The notes beneath the pieces were generated by a model that saw nothing but the letters and a program-made list of their open reading frames with translations, was not told where the DNA came from and did not search any database. The translations under genes and the position numbers were made by a program. A stretch of DNA of 64,000 nucleotides from Candidatus Brockarchaeota archaeon (GTDB taxonomy: Archaea; Thermoproteota; EX4484-205; JAAOZO01), in the NCBI GenBank assembly GCA_017601145.1, contig JAFNIV010000004.1:16743-80742 (forward strand), given 5' to 3'. This document shows, piece after piece, positions 36,430 through 45,071 of the stretch. Every line of letters starts with the position of its first letter. Position 1 is the first letter of the stretch.

Positions 36430-36835
36430 AGTAGAAACTTAAAGAGGTGCTACTTTACGAGAAGATACATAAATAGAAGATAGTTTTGTGATTCTTTTAA
36501 GGAAAGTAAAGAAGAAAACTGCAACGATATGGCTTCTATTGAAGTCAAGTCTTAAAAGAAAGTTCTATGAATATGTGAGAAGCTTAGAATAAGACCTAAA
36601 TATTTTTTAATAAGTTTAAGAGGAGATAAAAAACATCAACGAAATTCTTGTTTGTTCACATAACTAGTTCACTACCATGCTAAATGGAACTATTCTGATT
36701 TATATGGCTTGTAAACTGATTCTCCTTTTATTGCAGAAGCTAGAAGTCTTGGAAGCACAAGGGAAAGAAGCTAAGCGTTAAGTATGAATGTTGTGCTAAC
36801 TGGATTATCAGTAAGTTAACTAATGAAGCTTTAAC

Positions 36836-37843
36836 TTATAATTTTTTTAGTTCCCTTAGGTCAATTTTTCTTACTTTTATAATTTCGTTGTACCTTTTTA
36901 AAAAGTCTTCAATTTCCCCTCTTTTAGGGGAAGATCTTGCACCATACTTAGTTGCCTTTAGACCTGCTGCAACAGAAGAATAAACTAAAGCTCTTTCTAC
37001 GTTGTCTCTTTCAACCAAAGATGCAGAGAATACTCCTGTAAATACATCACCACAACCAGTTAAGTCTACAATTTTTAAACCAAGCTTAGCTAAGTCTACA
37101 GCATTAACATAAAGTAACTTGTTTGATTCTTTTTCTATATAAGCAACACCTTTAGAGCCAAGCTTAATTATAAGCTTTAAGTCAGGTCTAATGTTTAAAA
37201 TTTCCTCTATGCTCTTAACTAAAAACTTAGAATTAGAGTTCATAACTTCAAGAAACTCGTAAAGGTTTGGTAAGTAGTAGGAGCCAAGTGGGAAAAATTT
37301 AACTATATCTTCTTTAAACAAAAGAAAAGACTTTCCAGGATCTATAAAAACCTTAGTTTTAAAACTTTTTATCATCGCAAGTAAGTCTAGTGCAAGAGTT
37401 CTCGATATGTTTGTAACTACTATTGCGCTAGCAGAATTTAAAAAATTTTGTAGGCCGTTACTTAAAAGGTCTTTTTTAGTTAATTTTTCATTTGCTCCAA
37501 CAAAAGAAAATATCGTAGATTCGTTTTCACCATCTAAGACAACGTAAGCTCTTCCAGTCAGTTCATTTTCAACAACTTTCACAAAGCTTAGATCAATGTT
37601 CTCTTTTCTTAATTCTTCAATCTGATTTTTTCCTTCTTGGTCGCCACCAACACACCCTACTAGGTATACTTTTTCAGTACCTTCAAGAAATCTTGAAACT
37701 GCAACTGCAGTATTTGCTCCAGAGCCTCCCCCTCTTATAGTAACATCCTCTATCACATGTCGTGCTCCTCTTATAACCTTGTTTTCTCTTATTCTAAAGA
37801 CAATGTCGACATTCACTCTTCCAAAGGAAAATACTCCAGGCAT
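36836..37843 (-). CDS. ribokinase/PfkB-family sugar kinase
   Basis: GGSGANTAVA and the C-terminal TGCGDVFTGV motifs. Confidence 0.8.
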   Translation of the reverse strand: MPGVFSFGRVNVDIVFRIRENKVIRGARHVIEDVTIRGGGSGANTAVAVSRFLEGTEKVYLVGCVGGDQEGKNQIEELRKENIDLSFVKVVENELTGRAYVVLDGENESTIFSFVGANEKLTKKDLLSNGLQNFLNSASAIVVTNISRTLALDLLAMIKSFKTKVFIDPGKSFLLFKEDIVKFFPLGSYYLPNLYEFLEVMNSNSKFLVKSIEEILNIRPDLKLIIKLGSKGVAYIEKESNKLLYVNAVDLAKLGLKIVDLTGCGDVFTGVFSASLVERDNVERALVYSSVAAGLKATKYGARSSPKRGEIEDFLKRYNEIIKVRKIDLRELKKL

Positions 37844-37911
37844 AGAGAGCTAGAAGAAAGACGCTAATAAAAAGTTTTTATTCCTTTTAATAATTGTTTG
37901 ATAGAAGAAAA

Positions 37912-38628
37912 ATGACAGAAAAGCTATTTATGAAGGATAGCTACTTGAAAGCATGCGAAGCAACAATTCAGAGAGTAGAAAACAATAATATTATTCTTAA
38001 TAGAACGATTTTTCATCCTCTTTCAGGTGGAGTTTCAAACGATCTTGGCAAGATAATTTACCAAAAATATGAATACAACATAGTAGAAGTAAGAGAAGAC
38101 AAAGAAAGTGAGACAATTATTCATACTATTGGTACAGCTCCAAAGCTTAAAGTAGGAGATATAGTAAGATGCGAATTAGACTGGGACAGAAGATATAGGC
38201 TAATGAAGTTACATACTGCAGCACATATTCTTTCCGCTATAATGTACAATAAGTACAACGCTCTTATCACTGGTGGGCACATTGAGCCAGAAGAAGCAAA
38301 AGATGACTATAGTATAGAGAAGGCAGATAGATCTTTGTTTGAGGAAGCTATAAGAGAAGTTAATGAAATCGTTTCAAGAGCAATAGAAGTGAAAGTATAC
38401 TTTTTGCCAAGGGAAGAAGCTCTTAGGATAAAAGGAGTAGTAAAATTAGCTGAAAGAGCACCACCAAACTTAAAAGAACTCAGAATAGTAGAGATACCAG
38501 GAGTCGATATACAAGCAGACGGAGGACCACATGTAAAGAATACTTCAGAAATAGGGAGGATTGTCCTATCAAAGGTTGAGAATAAAGGAAAAAACAGAAA
38601 AAGAGTATACTACAAACTTCAGGAATAA
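37912..38628 (+). CDS. alaX: alanyl-tRNA editing protein AlaX (AlaX-M type)
   Basis: HTAAHIL (HxxxH) and the tRNA_SAD block IQADGGPHVKNTSEIG. I prefer the ATG at 37912 over the TTG at 37894 in the ORF track. Confidence 0.75.
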   Translation: MTEKLFMKDSYLKACEATIQRVENNNIILNRTIFHPLSGGVSNDLGKIIYQKYEYNIVEVREDKESETIIHTIGTAPKLKVGDIVRCELDWDRRYRLMKLHTAAHILSAIMYNKYNALITGGHIEPEEAKDDYSIEKADRSLFEEAIREVNEIVSRAIEVKVYFLPREEALRIKGVVKLAERAPPNLKELRIVEIPGVDIQADGGPHVKNTSEIGRIVLSKVENKGKNRKRVYYKLQE

Positions 38629-38677
38629 GACATGAGAAATATTTTTATTTATTAAATAAAAATATTGCGATAAGAAG

Positions 38678-39262
38678 TTGATTGATGAAATACTAAGGGC
38701 TACTGTTGCTCTTCTTGTGATTGTTGACCCACTAGGGAACATACCAATATTCGTTAGTTTAACGGAGAAAATGGACAAAGAAGTTAGAGCAAAAACGTTC
38801 AAAGTAGCAATTTCAATTGGTTTTTCCTTACTCTTTCTCTTCGCAGTCTTTGGACTAGAAATACTTGCACTCTTCAATATCTCCATACCAAGTTTTAGGA
38901 TTGCAGGAGGTCTTCTGTTGCTCATAATAGCAGTCGAAATCCTAGTTAGAGGAGGATGGCACTACAAAGGTAGTAAACCAGAAACAACAGGAGCAGTGCC
39001 AATGGGCTTCCCACTGCTTGTAGGACCGGGAGCTATAACAGCAACCATAGTTAATATTCATACGTATGGATTACCTATAACAATAATTTCAATCATCTTA
39101 GTTTCCATAGTTACTTGGATTGTACTAAGATATATTGACTTAGTTTACTTCTTTTTGGGAGAAGTTGGTTGTGAGGTTGTGGCTAGAGTTATGGCAATAT
39201 TAATAGCTGCAATAGCAATTCAATTCATTGTAGAAGGATTCTTGTATTATGCAAGAACTTAA
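38678..39262 (+). CDS. MarC-family (UPF0056) integral membrane protein
   Basis: 194 aa, six hydrophobic segments, MarC-like N-terminus (ALLVIVDPLGNIPIF). Confidence 0.7.
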   Translation: MIDEILRATVALLVIVDPLGNIPIFVSLTEKMDKEVRAKTFKVAISIGFSLLFLFAVFGLEILALFNISIPSFRIAGGLLLLIIAVEILVRGGWHYKGSKPETTGAVPMGFPLLVGPGAITATIVNIHTYGLPITIISIILVSIVTWIVLRYIDLVYFFLGEVGCEVVARVMAILIAAIAIQFIVEGFLYYART

Positions 39263-39465
39263 TGCTAACTATTTTATACTAAATTGTATCTTATAGAAGT
39301 TTTACTTTGTAGCACCCAACTTGTTTTAGATCCTTTTAGCACAACTGTATTCTTGCTCTTTATATTTTAAACAAAATAAAAACTAGGTTTAAGCTTTAAA
39401 GACCAAACTTTTCATACACAGTAATCAGAAAGCTTGCAAAAATCTTAAACTACTTCTAACTTAGT

Positions 39466-39741
39466 TTAGGGGAATGCCAACACTGTGATTTCTGTTTCTT
39501 TTTCAATTTCTTTAATTGTAGACACGACCTCGTTAATCAATGAACTGTTATTTGGAATCCATCTAAATATCTTTATTACCGCTTTATTTTCCATAGGAAA
39601 AAGAAGGATAAGACAAAGAAACTTATTATTGTATGCCACGAGATATTCATATGCATGCATTCTAACCTCAAAACCTGAATTACGAAGCAGATAAAGTAAC
39701 TTTAACCTATTTTGAGCTAACATAAGTGAATTAAATTTCAT
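39466..39741 (-). CDS. hypothetical protein (91 aa)
   Basis: ORF 2 nt downstream of the TauE-like gene on the same strand. I recognise no family. Confidence 0.35.
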   Translation of the reverse strand: MKFNSLMLAQNRLKLLYLLRNSGFEVRMHAYEYLVAYNNKFLCLILLFPMENKAVIKIFRWIPNNSSLINEVVSTIKEIEKETEITVLAFP

Positions 39742-39743
39742 TG

Positions 39744-40547
39744 CTATGTTATCACCATGTAAGTACCAAGTATAAATACGAATATACTAAAAATTATGGA
39801 AAGGCTTCTTGAGCTAATTTTTTTTGAAAATTTAGCACCAATTTGTGTCCCTGGAAGCATTCCAAGAAGCAACGATAAAGCAGTTGGAAGATCAATTTGG
39901 TTAAAATGGAGCCTCATTATTGAACCAGTTAAAGAAGTAAAGAAGATCACAGAAGCTGAAGAGGCTGTAGCTATATGAATAGGGACATATGATAAAGAAG
40001 AAAGAATTGGAACTATGATAGTCCCCCCACCTACTCCAAACAACGCAGAAGCTAAGCCAGCAAATATGGAACCTATTGCGATCAAGACTGTTTTTAAAGT
40101 ATAGGAGAAAGTACCAACTTCAGAATTTATGTTTCTCCTAATTTCTATTGGATCTTTATATCTAAATTTAACTAACTTATTGCTTAGGTTCATAAAGATT
40201 GAAATAAAGATTAAGTATGCTCCAAATGCTTTTCTTACGATTACAGAAGAAAGAATAAAAACAAGGTAAGAACCATAAATTGAGGCCGGTATCGAAAAAA
40301 TAGAGCAAATTGCGACTATTAAAAAGTCTATCCTGTTTTGTTTTATATAAGCAAAATTTGTGAAAATTGAAGATAAAAATATTACAAACAAACTTGTTCC
40401 TGTTGCTACTTTTGGGGATAAATTAAGGAAGTATATCATCATTGGAACCATTAGAAAACCACCGCCAACACCAAGTAATGAAGACAAAGTTCCTATGAAT
40501 AACGAAGCTAAAGCTACTAATAAGAAATTTAGGAGTACATCTAGCAT
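39744..40547 (-). CDS. TauE/SafE-family anion exporter (DUF81)
   Basis: 267 aa, about 8 TM segments, with the duplicated GxGGG blocks (LLGVGGGFLMVP, LFGVGGGTIIVP). Confidence 0.8.
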   Translation of the reverse strand: MLDVLLNFLLVALASLFIGTLSSLLGVGGGFLMVPMMIYFLNLSPKVATGTSLFVIFLSSIFTNFAYIKQNRIDFLIVAICSIFSIPASIYGSYLVFILSSVIVRKAFGAYLIFISIFMNLSNKLVKFRYKDPIEIRRNINSEVGTFSYTLKTVLIAIGSIFAGLASALFGVGGGTIIVPILSSLSYVPIHIATASSASVIFFTSLTGSIMRLHFNQIDLPTALSLLLGMLPGTQIGAKFSKKISSRSLSIIFSIFVFILGTYMVIT

Positions 40548-40688
40548 TTTGCCACTTTCATTTTTACTTACTTATTTAAGCTTTCTATATTTACAAAGAA
40601 ATTTTTGGCCAAGATTTTCTTACTTAAGTAAGAAAAAGACATAAGCTCTAAAATTAAAAATAAGATAATAAAACCAAAAAGTTTTCTT

Positions 40689-41819
40689 TTAACTGCTTAA
40701 TATTATCTTCTTTACAAAGTTTATTACTTCAGCCTGATCTCCAGATTCTCTGACTCTCTCAAGCTCTTCTTTTTTAGAATAAATTAATAGGGCCTTCTTT
40801 GCTAGATTTGCAAATATTTCTTTTGATAAGTACATAGCTTTAACTGGATCAACTCTATAAGTGAACTGGTCTTCTCCAAACCATCCATTGTAATTGGTAT
40901 CTATTGCCGCATAAATGAAGTCAACCATTCTCCAGATGTCGCCAGTTCCAAACACTCTATCTTCATCGTTACTATGAAGCTTAGCGGTGTTTATGTGGAA
41001 ATTAACTAATGGAACATCAAATTGCTTTAAAGCATAAACTGTAGCTGCAGGCTCTACGGCATACATTTGTTCATGTCCATAATCTATACAAACACCCATG
41101 TTCTTGCTGTTTGTTCTTTCGTTAACTGTTTTTGCAACTAGCGCACTAAGATGAGTAGTTGGTATGACCATGTTCCCTTCTCTTGGCTCGTGTAGCTTAG
41201 CTTCAACACCAAATATCAAGCCTGTTTTCTTCGCTTCCTTACTTATTGTCTCACAACCTTCAACAAACAACTCGAGCTGCTTACCGTAGTTAACTTCGAA
41301 GTTGTAGTCCCAACCATCTGCGCCTGGCCACAAAGCAACACTTCTACAGCCAACTTTTTTAGCTATTTCAATGGCTTGAAGAGCAATTTGCAAGGCTTCT
41401 TCCCTTACTTTTTTGGAAGGATTCGTTAGACCTCCAAGCTTCCACTTTGGATCTGTCCATAAGTTTATGTTCATGTTTGTAGGAACTAAGCTTAATTCTT
41501 TAATGGTCGCCTTTACTTCTTCTACTATGTTTTCATTTATCCTATAGCTCGAATCTATGAATATAACGTCATGAAACTCTACACCCTTAATACCAGCTTT
41601 CTTAACTCTCTTAAGTTGTGAAACTATGTCGCTACTGAATGTTGGGTCGTTGCTATTATAGCCTTTAGTTGCAAATCTATCTAAGAAATCTCCAGCAGCC
41701 CAATGCCCCGCAGCAAAGTTTATTCCAAAATCTTCAAAGAATTTATCTATCTTTTCCCCCTCAATGTAACCAGAATATTCTGTATTTAATTTCTCTAATT
41801 TGTTCTTTGTAACATTCAT
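40689..41819 (-). CDS. divergent xylose-isomerase-family TIM-barrel enzyme
   Basis: Blocks parallel class-I XylA: FAAGHWAAG (FTFGLWTVG), VEFHD (FHD), LWPGADG (WGGREG), EAKLHEP (EPKPxEP), DYGHE, HINT...NDEDRVFG. Confidence 0.6.
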   Translation of the reverse strand: MNVTKNKLEKLNTEYSGYIEGEKIDKFFEDFGINFAAGHWAAGDFLDRFATKGYNSNDPTFSSDIVSQLKRVKKAGIKGVEFHDVIFIDSSYRINENIVEEVKATIKELSLVPTNMNINLWTDPKWKLGGLTNPSKKVREEALQIALQAIEIAKKVGCRSVALWPGADGWDYNFEVNYGKQLELFVEGCETISKEAKKTGLIFGVEAKLHEPREGNMVIPTTHLSALVAKTVNERTNSKNMGVCIDYGHEQMYAVEPAATVYALKQFDVPLVNFHINTAKLHSNDEDRVFGTGDIWRMVDFIYAAIDTNYNGWFGEDQFTYRVDPVKAMYLSKEIFANLAKKALLIYSKKEELERVRESGDQAEVINFVKKIILSS

Positions 41820-42103
41820 TTTTTCATGTCACCTTAAATTAGATTAATACACGAAGAAATTAATAAACTTTTTCGTTTTGATACTAATGTTCAGCTTAAA
41901 ACCAAGAGTCACGTCTACAATTAAATTTTTTATATGTTGAAGTCTTTAGATATCTTAGAGTTAAGAAACACACTTACTATATTGCTCACTTTCTAATCTG
42001 TAAACCATTAGAAAAAAGTAAAAATGAAGAAATATTTATAAATATAAAATATAAGAAAAATTTATATATGGACCTTTTTGACTTCTTTATAGAGGTGAGA
42101 AGA

Positions 42104-42292
42104 ATGCCAAAAGCAGCAAAGAGATCTAAAACATTAATATACTTAACAACAGAGCTATATGCAAGACTTGATGCTTACAGCAAAAAAGCAAAGATAACAA
42201 AATCTAAGATTATAAGAGCAGCACTTGCTGAATACCTCCTTAAGAAGAAAGCGATTAAAGCTGCAGAAGCTTCCAAGTTTCTTATAAAGTAG
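42104..42292 (+). CDS. ribbon-helix-helix (CopG-like) DNA-binding protein
   Basis: MPKAAKRSKTLIYLTTELYARLDAYSKKAKITKSKIIRAALAEYL fits the RHH beta-alpha-alpha pattern. I prefer the ATG at 42104, which is preceded by GAGGTGA. Confidence 0.65.
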   Translation: MPKAAKRSKTLIYLTTELYARLDAYSKKAKITKSKIIRAALAEYLLKKKAIKAAEASKFLIK

Positions 42293-42361
42293 TTTTATCT
42301 TTTTCTTTTTATAATTTCTTAGATAAAGCTTATATAGGCGATCTCCATTTCACGATATAGA

Positions 42362-42658
42362 ATGGTAGAGCTTAGCCAACTTTTGAGTGTAAATGGTGAA
42401 TTTCTTTTAACAGTTTTAATAATGCTTGTTGCAGGTATAATAGTCGGTTATATTTTTGCAAAGGTAATTAAGAAGCTTATAATTATTTCAATAATCATAT
42501 TTATCTTAAGCTACATTGGAGTAATTTCATTCAACTTGGGAAAAGTTCAGGAACTTTCACAGGAAATAAAAAATATGCTAATTAGTGCATTGGCGCCTTT
42601 TATCCCATCTGTAACCTTTATAGTTGGAGTAATAATTGGATTTATTCTTGGATTATAA
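42362..42658 (+). CDS. small membrane protein (about 3 TM)
   Basis: 98 aa and very hydrophobic. It follows the RHH gene on the same strand. Confidence 0.45.
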   Translation: MVELSQLLSVNGEFLLTVLIMLVAGIIVGYIFAKVIKKLIIISIIIFILSYIGVISFNLGKVQELSQEIKNMLISALAPFIPSVTFIVGVIIGFILGL

Positions 42659-42745
42659 GTACAATGCTAACTCTTATTTTCTTAATAAAGAAAAAGTCTA
42701 AGTTTTCTAGTATCTATTTCTTACAAAAATATGAAATGTTCTTCG

Positions 42746-43876
42746 CTAATAAAGGACTTCTACTTTTGGCGGATAGATAAAGTCTATATACTTTGATTTT
42801 ATGTAGTTTGGGTCTTTCCCTTCATGAACAAGAACTCTATACTTGAACTTTAGCACTTCTCCCTTTGGTAGTATGTAATCACCTTTCATCTTAGATGAGC
42901 CATTAAAGTATGAAACACCAAACATGTTTGCTGTCATTAAACCATAATCTCTCACATGCCAATACGTTGGAAATCTGAAGTTTTCGATATGATCAAAAAT
43001 TGCTATTCCAACATTTCTTCCATCTACTTTTCCACTATAGTTACACCATGCTGCTCTTTTACCCCAAGTTTCTTCCTCATTTATGCCTCCAAAAGAATTT
43101 TCAATCTTACCTCCATTTTGTACTTTAATTTTTTCATTAACTCTTACAGATAAGATTCCACCTTCTTTCGTATCACCGAATTTGGTATCTTTTTTGTTGT
43201 TAAAAATACTTATACTAAAGTCTAAAAGTAGGTCCTTGGTAGGTTTCCAAATTCTTAAAAATCTATCTTCATACAACTCAACATTTCTTGTGTTTTCAAT
43301 CCAAAGGTTTTTACTACTTAGTTCAAAGACTATTTTCCCAGAACTTATTACTTTAACTTCATTTGCTTCAATCTTACCGCTATTCTCAAACTCACTCCAA
43401 AAATCAAATCCATTTATGTCGCCATGTGCAACCCATAACGACCTATGGTGTACATGATCTTTGGGCCCATCTTCGGTAACTCTAACACCATTTGGACTAA
43501 CTACTGGATAAAAGTAAGGTTTCTTTAACCAGTTTCCGTAATTGTAGCCCATTATTAGTTGTTCATTGTAGCTTATTTTTATCGTACCATCACTAGAACT
43601 GTAAGAAAATTCTTCTTTATCCTCCTCAGCATCAACTAATACAATCTTTCCTTCCAAAGTTTCTTGTACATTCATATGAGGAACAATAAGAAAAGCTTCA
43701 AAAAATTCTTTATTTTCTTTTAGCTGTATTGGAAATCTCTCTCTTTCAGTTTCTAAGTAAGCTTTCGACAAATTTTTGGTTAATAAATTTGATTTTGGAA
43801 GTAAGAAATAAACTGGAGTTTCAAACCTTTCGTGCAATCCTGCATATATTCTAACTTTAACCACCTCTTTACTCAT
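42746..43876 (-). CDS. PmoA-like / DUF6807-family protein
   Basis: KPYFYPVVSPNGVRVTEDGPKDHVHHRSLWVAHGDINGFDFW matches the hallmark block of the family that usually accompanies Gfo/Idh/MocA and TIM-barrel sugar genes. Confidence 0.65.
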   Translation of the reverse strand: MSKEVVKVRIYAGLHERFETPVYFLLPKSNLLTKNLSKAYLETERERFPIQLKENKEFFEAFLIVPHMNVQETLEGKIVLVDAEEDKEEFSYSSSDGTIKISYNEQLIMGYNYGNWLKKPYFYPVVSPNGVRVTEDGPKDHVHHRSLWVAHGDINGFDFWSEFENSGKIEANEVKVISSGKIVFELSSKNLWIENTRNVELYEDRFLRIWKPTKDLLLDFSISIFNNKKDTKFGDTKEGGILSVRVNEKIKVQNGGKIENSFGGINEEETWGKRAAWCNYSGKVDGRNVGIAIFDHIENFRFPTYWHVRDYGLMTANMFGVSYFNGSSKMKGDYILPKGEVLKFKYRVLVHEGKDPNYIKSKYIDFIYPPKVEVLY

Positions 43877-43946
43877 CTTTATCCTTATCGACTATAAGGA
43901 TAAGCTTTATTAAATTTTATCCTTAAACTGCTTAACGAAACGACAA

Positions 43947-45011
43947 CTACGGAATTATTTCTACAGTGTTGTTAAAGCTTGGATATTTAACTTCATCGAC
44001 TTTAATCCCTGCATTTTTTATATAACCTAGTATTTCGTATAGATTGTTTTTCACTAGGTCAATTGTAAACTTTGTAACATCACAAGTAATTTTGAAGCCA
44101 TTTTCACCCCAAAATCTTTCTTTGTATGTATATAAGCAACGCCCTCCACAAACTTTAAAGTATTCGCAAGAAGTACATGGTTCAGTAATCATACTTTTTA
44201 AGTTAAGTGTATTGTTGTTTCTAATGTTGCCAACCTTAGCCCAATTCTCTCTAACTGCAATCGGGCATGCAATTATTTCTCCATTTGTATTAACTGATAC
44301 AGAATTAACTCCAGATTCACATGGAGGAGCAACTCCACCATCTAATATTCGTTTAAGTATCCCCTGAAATGGTGCGATTCCAAGTACTTTTTTGTTTCTT
44401 AGCTCATTAAGCCAGATATCAAAAAGTTTCTTTAACCCTATTTTATAATTTTGCTCAATCCATTCGTTAAGATTGCGCCACTTCTTGCTCCAGATAAAAT
44501 TTAATTGCCAATGGACATGGTCAAACAGATTGATTCCTAACAAATGCATGACATCTCTAAAGATATTAGAATCTTCTGTTATTGTCATCCTTGCAATTAA
44601 GTCTCCATTGAAGCCTATTTCCCTTAAGTAATTTGCAGCAGAGATTGCAAGCTTATATGCCCCTTTTCCTCTGTACTTATCGTTAACTTCTTCCACACCA
44701 TCAACTGAAATCAAAATAGCACTAAACATTTTCCAGTATTTTTCTGGCAAAGAACGCACCAGAGTTCCGTTTGTTTGTATAACAAATCTTTTAACTTTAA
44801 TATTTTCCATTACATCAATTATAAAATTTGGATTCATAAGGGGTTCTCCGCCATAGAATGCTATTGTAGCTTCGTTATCATGCTCTATCAGTCTCTTTAA
44901 GTCGTCAAGCTTATACTGAACTTTCCATGGCACTTCGTTTTCTCCGAAGCTTCCTCCACAGTACTCACATCTTAGGTTGCATTTTCCAGTTGTAAAAAGT
45001 ATGTAAAGCAT
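43947..45011 (-). CDS. radical SAM enzyme with C-terminal SPASM domain
   Basis: CNLRCEYC (Cx3Cx2C) at residues 11-18. SPASM Cys blocks CPIAV... and CTSCEYFKVCGGRC. Confidence 0.8.
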   Translation of the reverse strand: MLYILFTTGKCNLRCEYCGGSFGENEVPWKVQYKLDDLKRLIEHDNEATIAFYGGEPLMNPNFIIDVMENIKVKRFVIQTNGTLVRSLPEKYWKMFSAILISVDGVEEVNDKYRGKGAYKLAISAANYLREIGFNGDLIARMTITEDSNIFRDVMHLLGINLFDHVHWQLNFIWSKKWRNLNEWIEQNYKIGLKKLFDIWLNELRNKKVLGIAPFQGILKRILDGGVAPPCESGVNSVSVNTNGEIIACPIAVRENWAKVGNIRNNNTLNLKSMITEPCTSCEYFKVCGGRCLYTYKERFWGENGFKITCDVTKFTIDLVKNNLYEILGYIKNAGIKVDEVKYPSFNNTVEIIP

Positions 45012-45071
45012 TTTCTTTTAGTAATCTAAAAAAATATCTTTATAAAGCTAACAAAAAATGAAGAAAACTGT

